64,000 nt of DNA from positions 98,084,001 through 98,148,000 of the forward strand of contig OZ024745.1 of the NCBI GenBank assembly GCA_964016885.1, written 5' to 3'. Below, in pieces: positions 55,370 to 64,000 of this stretch. The DNA comes from Eledone cirrhosa. Its lineage: Eukaryota. Under the pieces are notes generated by a model that worked only from the letters and a program-made list of their open reading frames with translations, had not been told where the DNA came from and searched no databases. The translations under genes and the position numbers were made by a program. How positions within the stretch are numbered: the first letter of the stretch is position 1; each line of letters begins with the position of its first letter.

Positions 55370-55387
55370 AATCATAATAATAATAAT

Positions 55388-58300
55388 GGTTTCTTTATTG
55401 GCCACAAGAGCTAACACGAAGAAAACATTAGAGACGGCACAGAACAGTACAGGACGATAGAAAGTGGGTTTTGGACGTGTAAACAAGTTCTAACAAAGTT
55501 GGGCTAGAAATCAAAAAAATTCAAACAACAGAAATTCCCCCAAAAGGGGGAAACCTTCGAGGGTCACTCGTGGCAAAAACCACACAAAAAGGCCACGGCC
55601 ACCCTGACCACCAGGGCAAGCGCCCTCTCTGTTTTCCCACTCCTCAATCTACAGGCGCATACTCAGAGCGGGCCCGTTCACTCGGACCAGACTCGCCACT
55701 TTCACCCACCTTTCAACAAACTTACGAGAAGACAGCACTTGCATCTCTACCCTGATTTTCCTCTTCAAGTGAAACTTGAAAAAGTTAATCAGGGATTGGC
55801 CGGAGAGGGAAGTGTCCGTCTTCAACCTTTTCAATCTTGTCCACCACACAATCTCTTTCGCCATGGCCACCAGGCAGATGAAAACTGCCTGCCCTTCCTC
55901 CTCTTTAAAGGATGATGGCGGGGCTATCTGCACAATGGACTCAGACGATAACCGGATCCGTCCTACACGCGACAGCAGCTGTTCGACATAGCTCTACAAG
56001 TCAGCAATCCTCGGGCACTGAACGAGTACGTGCAGGACGGTTTCGTCGCTCTGCGCGCGTCTCGGACAGGCTCGGTTGACAGCACCTCCGTGCCTGTAGA
56101 GCTTATCCCGAACCGGCAACGCTCCCAGGTAGCACTGCCAGGCCAGGGATTTCTGGAAGTTGTCCATAGGCCCCGGTCTGAAAGTTCTCTTGAAGAGATC
56201 GAACAGCTGATCGTCTTCGACGCCCAGGGTCTCCCTGAGAACGCCGTCGCTCTTTCCCTCCACTAGCCCTCTATAGAACGCCGAGGTGGATGTTCCATAG
56301 ATACTAGTGCCCAGCTGGTAGAGGGCGGTGAGCGCTTGGAGATATTCCAGCTTCCAAGCGCTATCCCTCGGTCTTTTCCTGATCCAGGACTGCAGCTCCG
56401 TCAAGGAGACGAGCTGGGGGAAAGCGCGTCTGGCAAACGCCGATCACACCTGTTCACCGTCAAGGAAGCACAAGAGATGTCGCAGCCTCAGCGCATGTTT
56501 GCACATCATCAGCCACGGTATGCCTAGTCATCCACGCAACAGGTGTTGAAAGCAAATGGATCGTCTGACCATGGGAGCACGTCCTTTCCACAAAAAGCGG
56601 AAGAGAGAGTGCTCCATTTTGGTCAGAGTGTGGCGGGGCAAGGTACGACGGTCAGGCGGTAGCAGATGACGGACGCTATGTACGCATTCGCCACCTCCAC
56701 CCGACCTTTCAGAGACAGCCTCCTCTCGGCCTATTTCTGGGTGAGAGAGGCCACCCTGCTCGTCACCTCGTTCCAGTTTTTCTCCATCTGGAGCTCCCTA
56801 CCGAACCAGACCCCGAGCAATTTAACCGGTCCTTCCGTCCACGCCCCACGACGCTGTCGGACGGCATGGACTTGCCTCTCCAGGTCCGAGTTGCAAGCGC
56901 ACCGAATTTTCCAGGTTTATCTTTGCTTTTGTCACCGTTTCGTATACCTTGAAAGCGATGTCGAGCATCTGGACGTGTTTTGTGCTCGACACCACCACGT
57001 TGACGTCGTCGGCGTAAGCTGACACGGATCTCACGCATCCCAGTTCGCGTGGGACCTCCCTCATCGTCTCCAATTTGTACAGTAACGGCTCGAGGGCCAG
57101 TACGTACAAGAGGGACGAGAGGGGGAAACCCTGGCGAACCGAACGCATGATGCTGAAAGGCTGCGACAGGTGACCATTCACCCTCACAATCGAGCAGATA
57201 TCGCTGTGCATCGCAGCGATCCAGCCCCTAAAAACGGACCTGAAGCCGGCTACCTCGAGGACCGCAGACAAGTACCGATGGTCGACCCTATCAAATGCTT
57301 TAGATTGATCCAAGTTGATCAGGGCCCCACCCGTGCCAAGTTCCTTAACCACCCTCTCTATGATGTATCGCATGAGATGGATGTTGTCGTGGATGGATCT
57401 GTCCGGAATGGCGCATATCTGCGCCTCTCCCACCAGATCACCGACGACAAGCGCCAATCTCTTTCGTAAAACCTTGGCCAAAATCTTGAATTCTGTATTT
57501 AGCAGAGTTATGGGCCTGAAGTTATCTATAACGTCCCCTTTGTTCGGGTTTTTTTCTCAGCAGCTCCACCGCTCCCCGGCTCACAAAACGTTCTGCTGCC
57601 AGTTGCAGTAGACATCTGCCAAGAGGTCGCCGAACAAATCTGGCATGTACGCATAAAGCTCGTAGAGTAGACCATCCAAACCTGGCGATTTACCCCTCGT
57701 GCAGTTAGACATCGCTTCCCGTATTTCACCTGCTGTCATCGCCCTTTCGCAGCACTGCGCTGCGGTCACCGAGAGCGGCGGCAGTCCGTCGAAATATGCA
57801 CCGAAGTCCATTCTCCGATCCTTCCCACCGCCTCCCCCGAACAATTGAGCAAAGTGCTGTTGAAAAGCCGCACACATCTACTCGGGTTCGAGCAATATGC
57901 ACCCGTTTTGATCAGGCACAGATCGTATTGTGGACTTGTTGCCACGTCACGCCTCCACCACCGGGGCCCATTGAAAGGCTTCGTCCCCCTCGTGTCTCAG
58001 AGCACGCTCTCTAGCTCTGACAACGCATCCTTCATGCTTTGCGTTGAAGAATTGGTCGAGTGCCAATCTCGCTGCAAGCACGTCGGTTGCGATGCCTGTC
58101 CTAAACGCCTCTTCTAGCTTTCTAACTAACTCTCCCTCTACTCTATTTTCCTCTATCACTACTCCTTTGCTAAACCTTATCGATTCTACTCTAATAACCA
58201 TTTTCAGGGTAAACCACCGCCTGTTGTTGACGATTGCACCCGTCAACGCACGCTTAACTAATTCGCTAATCCGGTCTCTGTAAGCTTTGCGCGCCGGGAA

Positions 58301-60665
58301 AGACGCGTTCAGCTTCCAGTAACCGGGCCCTTGCCTATGGAGTCTATCTAAGTCAACCTCACAGGCCACGAATTTGTGGTCCGTGTAGTCGACTACTTTA
58401 AATTGTGGACAACTTACACTAGCCTTATCTGTTTCCCTACAGAATACCCTATCTAAATATGATCTGGATGACCCGATGCGGTTTGCCAATGTCCACATTG
58501 GCACATTTGGATAATCCAGTCTATACCTGTAAGAGAGTTCAAAACGTCTGAGCAGGTTGTTGAGGCTTTTACACACTCCTGCCCTGTCTACTAGCCCCAC
58601 ATAATCCCAGCGTGCATCTAAGATACCGTTCCAGTCGCCCACTAACACTAAGAACGGTCTCTAGACGTCTGAAGAAATCTGGCCGTCTCGCCCCTGTTGG
58701 GGCGTAGACGGCTACTAGCTTGAAAGCATTGCCTTCCATGCCGGTCACGTCCAGCACCACCGACTTACCTTCTGGGTCCAGGAAGGTGGCCCGTATGGCG
58801 AGATCCAAGCCTCTCCGAAAAAAGCACAGCAGCTCCGCTCCCCGATCCAGGACGGCTCTTCGCTTCTAGAGGGAGGAGCTGTGGTGTTTTTCGTTTGTTT
58901 CTTGTTTTTGTTTTTTTTTTGTTAATAACCGTTTTCCACTCCTCAGCCGCCTCATACTCCATGTCCGACTGTGAGAAGTCGGGGAGGGGTATGAGCTGTA
59001 CCCTCTCATTTGTTTTTGTTGTTGTTGTTGGTGGTGGTGGAGCCTGGGCACAGGTGCAGCTAGTGCAACTGTTTCTGTTGCTGCAGCTGCCATCTCTGTT
59101 TTTGTTGTCCGTGGCTTTGGTGTGGGTTCCACGGACGTTGTCTTCCTACTCTCTGTAGAATCTCCCGACATTTTCGCTGACTTCTCTGTTTCTGGTGGCA
59201 GCGATTCCGGCGTTGGAAAGAGGGTGACTTTGGCCTTTGTTATTTTCTGTGGGCAGAAAACCCTGAGGTGAGACTTTGATCCACAGTTGAAGCATTTTGG
59301 GCGCCTTCCTTCAACAGATATGGGAAGTTGTGAGCCATTCCCGAGGTCTATTACGTCGGGGATAGCGCTGATGCAGTCCTGGTCGGTTTGAATGAGCATC
59401 TCCATTCCAATACCGGGCCAGTCCTCTCTCCCCAACTTCTGTACCTGCAGAATGGTTGTTTTATCTTCGATGCCCGCTAGAACAGACACGACCACGGTAC
59501 GTGTACGTAGGACGGGACATGGGTTACCTTGACCTTTGCAATGTTTTTCCCGCAGTAAAACGGGACTAACGTTATGTCATCACTCCGTAGGGTCCTCAGT
59601 GAGTTCGATTTTGCTTCCTGTGTGGTAGCAAAAAGGACGTCCACAGTAGTATATTTCTTGCCACGGGTGATGTGGGTTTTCCGTGCCCACACAGTTATCA
59701 AGGCCTTCTGGATTTAGGCCTCCGAGGCTTTCCTCACACGACGCGATTTCGTGCGTCGCTCTTGTTCCTCCAGGAAGTCGGTTGGTGGTTTCAAGGACAC
59801 TGAAAATTCACTTCTGGTTACCTTATGTCTGGCGACCGCCATCGCCTCCTCTGTGATCGTGATTGTTTCTACATTGCGAGTTAACTTTGCAAAAGAGGTG
59901 GTCTCTTTTTCAGTGGCGTCATTGTTTCCACCGCTACTGCTGCTACTGGTCTTGTTGTTTGCTGGTGCTGTTGTTGTTGTCACTGTTACAAACGGTGTTG
60001 TTGGTGTTGCTGCTGCTGCCGCCGCTACTTCTACCACAAGTGTTATTGTTAATACTGCCGCTGCTGCTGCTGCTATCTCCCTTGTTAAATGTATCAGCAG
60101 TAGCCGCTTCAAGACTGTCGTTTGGTGAAGAGGAAAGAGTCGCATTCGCCTGACTTTTACTATTTGGTGAAGAAGAAGAAAAGGAAAGCGAGACTCCACG
60201 CTGACTGTTGCTAGTTTCTTTGATGTCAAATGTATCAAATGTATCAGCAGAAGCCGCTTCATGACTGCTACTTGATGGAGGAGAGAGGGGAGTGGCATTC
60301 GCTTGACTATGGGACGGTGAAGAAGACGAAAATGAAAGCGAGACTCCACGCTGACAGCTGGACGGAGAAAAAGGTTGAGAAGGATATCTTGTTGAAAGGG
60401 TAATTTTTTAGGAATACCCGGCATGGAAATGGATTTTTTGAATGACGCCATTTTTCTTTTTGGCGGGACGTATTTGCTAAATGCAAAGTTCAAATTGGGA
60501 TTTAGCCCCGAAGGGTTAAATACCGATTATTTTTTTACCACTTCAAAAGGAGTGGGGTGTGTTTAAACACAAAACAATATGATTTTTACATTAAGTTCGC
60601 AATAAAAAACTGTTCAAAAATCACAAACTTACGGGAACAAAATTTTCTGCGACGTGTATACTTCA
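55388..60665 (-). mobile_element. Decayed Tx1-clade LINE (E2), different ORF1 subfamily, deletion across the ORF1/ORF2 junction
   Basis: ORF1 from 60451 with CFNCGSKSHLRVFC. Jumps near 58860 into APE (SRPGSG...). RT and C-terminal zinc finger end at 55649. Confidence 0.9.
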
Positions 60666-60862
60666 CGAATAATAATTGTTTCTACTTTTGGCACAAGGCC
60701 AGCAATTACCCAGTGCATACTGGTACTTTATTTTATCGACCCCGTAAGGATGAAAGGCAAAGTAAACCTCAGCGGGATTTGAACTCAGACCGTAAAGGGA
60801 CGTAACTATGCTGGAAAGCATAGCGTCCGACTCTCTACCGATACTGCCAATCCACCGCCCTA
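60666..60862 (-). mobile_element. tRNA-derived SINE (near full length)
   Basis: Reverse complement of the shared SINE consensus. Its ATT tail directly precedes the E2 5' end. Confidence 0.85.
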
Positions 60863-60889
60863 ACTTCCATGAACAATAATAATAGAAAA

Positions 60890-61690
60890 ATCCTTTCATA
60901 GTACCTTCTTTAAGAAAACGGAATTTAGAGATCGACAGACGTGGAACTGGTTAAAAAGAGGAGACCTTAAAAAAGCTACAGAAGGAATGCTAATGGCTGC
61001 GCAAGAGCAAGCCCTCGGAACGAAGTGGGTGAAACACCATATTGACACGGAGGAGGCTAGCTCACTATGTAGGATCTGTGAAGAGAGAGGGGACTGTGGC
61101 TCACATTGTATCCGAGTGTAAACACCTAGCCCAGACTCACTATAAAGGCTGGAGATATGATGTGATAGGGAGGGTGATCCACTGGCATCTATGCAAACAA
61201 GTGGTATGAGCATAAGCCAGAGTCAGTGATAGAAAACGATCAGGTGAAGGTGCTATGGGATTTTAGGATACAGACGGACAAGAAATTAGAACCCAATAGG
61301 CCTGACCTGGCGGTTTTGGACAAGGAAAAAAGATCGTGCCTGATTGTAGATGTAGCCTGCCCATTTGACACAAGAGTGCAAGAAAAGGAGAGGGAGAAAA
61401 TTAACCAATACCAGGTTTTAAAGTGGGAGTTAAAAAGGATTTGGAACTGCCATGAAATCAAGGTCGTCCCGATTGTCATAGGCGCACTAGGTACTATCTC
61501 AAAGAGTTTCCAAGGGTAGTTAAAGAAAATTAGTCCAGCCCCGCTTTTTGGAACACTTCAAAAGGCATGCTTGCTGGGAACAGCAAGAATCCTCCGATAC
61601 CTCCTGAATACCTGAGGCTGCAGGTAGTGGCTTGATATTCATTTCAACAAACTTTCCAGTTAAATAACATCAACGACTGAGACTCAAAGA
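60890..61690 (+). mobile_element. Divergent R4/Dong-like 3' fragment
   Basis: TEGMLMAAQEQAL, CRIC, LWDFRIQTD..NRPDL..D.ACP, VPIVIGALG, LLGTARILR. Ends at (AAT)n. Confidence 0.88.
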
Positions 61691-61699
61691 ATAATAATA

Positions 61700-61822
61700 A
61701 TAATAATTGTTTCTACATTTGGCACAAGGCCAGCAATTACCTAGTGCATTACTGGTACTTTATTTTATCGACCCCGTAAGGATGAAAGGCAAAGTTAACC
61801 TCGACGGGATTTGAACTTAGAT
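61700..61822 (-). mobile_element. Partial tRNA-derived SINE
   Basis: B-box and core on the minus strand. Confidence 0.8.
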
Positions 61823-61823
61823 C

Positions 61824-61879
<56 letters not shown>

Positions 61880-61881
<2 letters not shown>

Positions 61882-64000
61882 TTTCTTTATTAACCACAAG
61901 GGTTTACATAAAGTAGACATTAAGGACAGTGCAGGACAATGCAGGACGGTACAAATGGGCATTTCTGCGTGTAAAAAAACAAAAACAGAGGATGTAACAA
62001 AAATAACAATGAAAATAACAATGAAAAATTCCCCAATAGGGGGGAGACTTCGGAGGGACATTTGTGGAGAAAGCCCAGTAAAAAGCCACAATGACCCTGA
62101 CCACCAAGGCAAGTGCCCTCTCCCAGTTTTCCACCTTTAGTTTACAGATATATACTCAGAGTCGGCCCATTCACTCGGGCCATTCTTGCTTCTCTCACCC
62201 ATCTTTCAACAAAATGCTGGGAAGAGAGCACTTCCCTCTCTACTCTGATTTTCCTTTTCAAATGAAATTTGAAAAAGTCAATCAGAGCATCACCGAAGAG
62301 GTAAGTGCTCGTCTTCAGCCCTTTCAAACGTGTCCACCATACTATCTCTTTCGCCATGGCCACCAGACAGATAAAAACTGCCTGCCCTTCCCGGCTAAAG
62401 GAGGAGGGCGGGGCAATCCTCACGATGGACTCAGATGATAGCTGGATCCGTCCTAAACGCGACAGCAGGTGTTCGACATAAACCCACAAGTCAGCAATTT
62501 TCGGACACTGGACGAGTGCGTGCAGGACGGTTTCGTCGCCCTGCGCGCATCTCGGACATGCCCGGCTGACGGCACCTCCATGCCTGTAGAGTTTATCCCG
62601 AACTGGCAAGGCTCCTCGGTAGCACTGCCAGGCCAGAGATTTCTGGAAGTTGTCCATAGGCCCTGGCCCGAAAGTTCTTCCGAAGAGATTGGCTAGTTGA
62701 TTTTCGTCGACGCCTAGAGTTTCCCCAAGTACGTCGTCGCTCTTCCCCTCCACTAATCCTCTATAGAACGCCGAGGTGGAGTTTCCACCGATCACATTGC
62801 CCGATTGGTCGAGGGCTGTGAGCGCCTGAAGACATTCCAGTCTCCAGGCGCTCCCTCTCGGTCTTCGCTTGACCCAGGACTGCAGCTCCGTCAAGGAAAC
62901 GAGCTGGGGAAAAACGCGTCTAGCAAACGGCGACCACACCTGATCACCGTCGAGGAAGAGGTGGAGATGTCGTAGCCTGAGCGCGTGCCTGCGCATCATC
63001 AGCCACGGCATGCCCAGCCCTCCACGTAGCGGGTGTTGACAACAGATGGACCGCCTGACCATCGGAGCACGTCCCTTCCACAAAAAGCGAAAGAGCAAAC
63101 GCTCCAGCGCAGTCAGGCGAGGCTTAGGACAAGGTACGACGGTTAGGCGGTAGCAGATGACAGACGCGATGTACGCGTTAGCCACCTCCGCTCGACCTTT
63201 CAGGGATAGCTTCCTCTCCGCCCATTTCTGGGTGAGAGAAGCCACCCTGCTCGTCACCTCGTCCCAGTTTTTGTCCGTCTGGAGGTCCGGACCGAACCAG
63301 ACCCCTAGCAATTTAACCGGTCCGTCCGTCCAGCGCCCGACGACGCTGTTGGACGGCATGGACCTGCCTCTCCAGGTGCCGAGCTGCAGGCCCACTGACT
63401 TTTCCTGGTTGATCATTGCTCCTGTCACCGCTTCGTATTCTCTTAGTGTAGTGCCGATCGCCTCGATGTGTTTGGCGTTCGACACCACTACGGTGACATC
63501 GTCCGCATATGCTGACACGGATCTTCCGCATCCTAGTTCGCGCGGGACTCCCCTCAACGTCTCCAGTTTGTGCAGTAATGGCTCGAGAGTCAATACGTAC
63601 AAGAGGGACGAGAGGGGACATCCTTGGCGGACCGAGCGCATGATGTTGAACGGTTCCGACAGGTGACCGTTCACTCTCACCACAGAGCAGATGTCGCTGT
63701 GCATGGCAGCGATCCAGCCTCTGAAGACGGGCCCAAAGCCAGCCGCCCTCAGGACTGCCGCTAGGTAACGATGGTCGACCCTATCGAAAGCTTTCGACTG
63801 ATCTAAATTGATCAAGGACCCACCCGTGCCAGGTTCCCTAGCTACCCTCTCTACGATGTATCGCATGAGGTGGAGGTTGTCGTGGATGGATCTGTCGGGA
63901 ATGGCGCATGTCTGCGCCTCTCCCACCAGACCACCAACGACAAGCGCCAACCTCTTTGCTAGCACCTTGGCCAAAATCTTAAACTCTGTGTTTAGCAGAG
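61880..64000 (-). mobile_element. Tx1-clade LINE (E1) 3' part, runs off the window
   Basis: 3' UTR nearly identical to that of E3. (ATT)n tail at 61824-61879. Confidence 0.93.
62142..64000 (-). CDS. Tx1/L1-clade ORF2 (RT + C-terminal zinc finger), open to the window edge
   Basis: At least 610 uninterrupted codons: SKAFDRV, RQGCPLS, AYADDV, CPRC..DETVLHALVQC. Confidence 0.88.
   Translation of the reverse strand, partial: LLNTEFKILAKVLAKRLALVVGGLVGEAQTCAIPDRSIHDNLHLMRYIVERVAREPGTGGSLINLDQSKAFDRVDHRYLAAVLRAAGFGPVFRGWIAAMHSDICSVVRVNGHLSEPFNIMRSVRQGCPLSSLLYVLTLEPLLHKLETLRGVPRELGCGRSVSAYADDVTVVVSNAKHIEAIGTTLREYEAVTGAMINQEKSVGLQLGTWRGRSMPSNSVVGRWTDGPVKLLGVWFGPDLQTDKNWDEVTSRVASLTQKWAERKLSLKGRAEVANAYIASVICYRLTVVPCPKPRLTALERLLFRFLWKGRAPMVRRSICCQHPLRGGLGMPWLMMRRHALRLRHLHLFLDGDQVWSPFARRVFPQLVSLTELQSWVKRRPRGSAWRLECLQALTALDQSGNVIGGNSTSAFYRGLVEGKSDDVLGETLGVDENQLANLFGRTFGPGPMDNFQKSLAWQCYRGALPVRDKLYRHGGAVSRACPRCAQGDETVLHALVQCPKIADLWVYVEHLLSRLGRIQLSSESIVRIAPPSSFSREGQAVFICLVAMAKEIVWWTRLKGLKTSTYLFGDALIDFFKFHLKRKIRVEREVLSSQHFVERWVREARMARVNGPTLSIYL

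Noticed and set aside
36600-63700. Many 60-230-aa ORFs antisense to or overlapping the LINE ORFs
   Set aside because: Shadow frames of GC-rich RT coding sequence with no independent motifs.

Overview
AT-rich, microsatellite-laden animal DNA with no recognisable host gene. SINE sequence recall suggests an octopod cephalopod (inference). The window is almost entirely transposable elements. 1-30.7 kb holds a non-autonomous LTR element with a triplicated tRNA-Trp primer-binding site, several Penelope-like (RT/GIY-YIG) remnants, fold-back palindromes embedded in (TA)n, at least five type I hammerhead ribozyme folds, two small Helitrons and tRNA-derived SINEs. 30.8-34.7 kb is an R4/Dong-clade non-LTR retrotransposon with an uninterrupted 1216-aa ORF. 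35.6-64 kb is a dense nest of Tx1/L1-clade LINEs, three directly head-to-tail at (ATT)n with a fourth in the same orientation, interleaved with RTE, Dong and SINE pieces at the same triplet microsatellite. The most notable observations are: a GT-AG mini-intron, seen in two divergent Tx1 copies, that would fuse ORF1 to ORF2; the iterated LTR-end+tRNA-copy units; the hammerhead/palindrome set; and strand-polarised sharing of (TAA)n by three element types. Most ORFs in the supplied track are microsatellite read-through or antisense shadows. All alignments and folds were done by eye.
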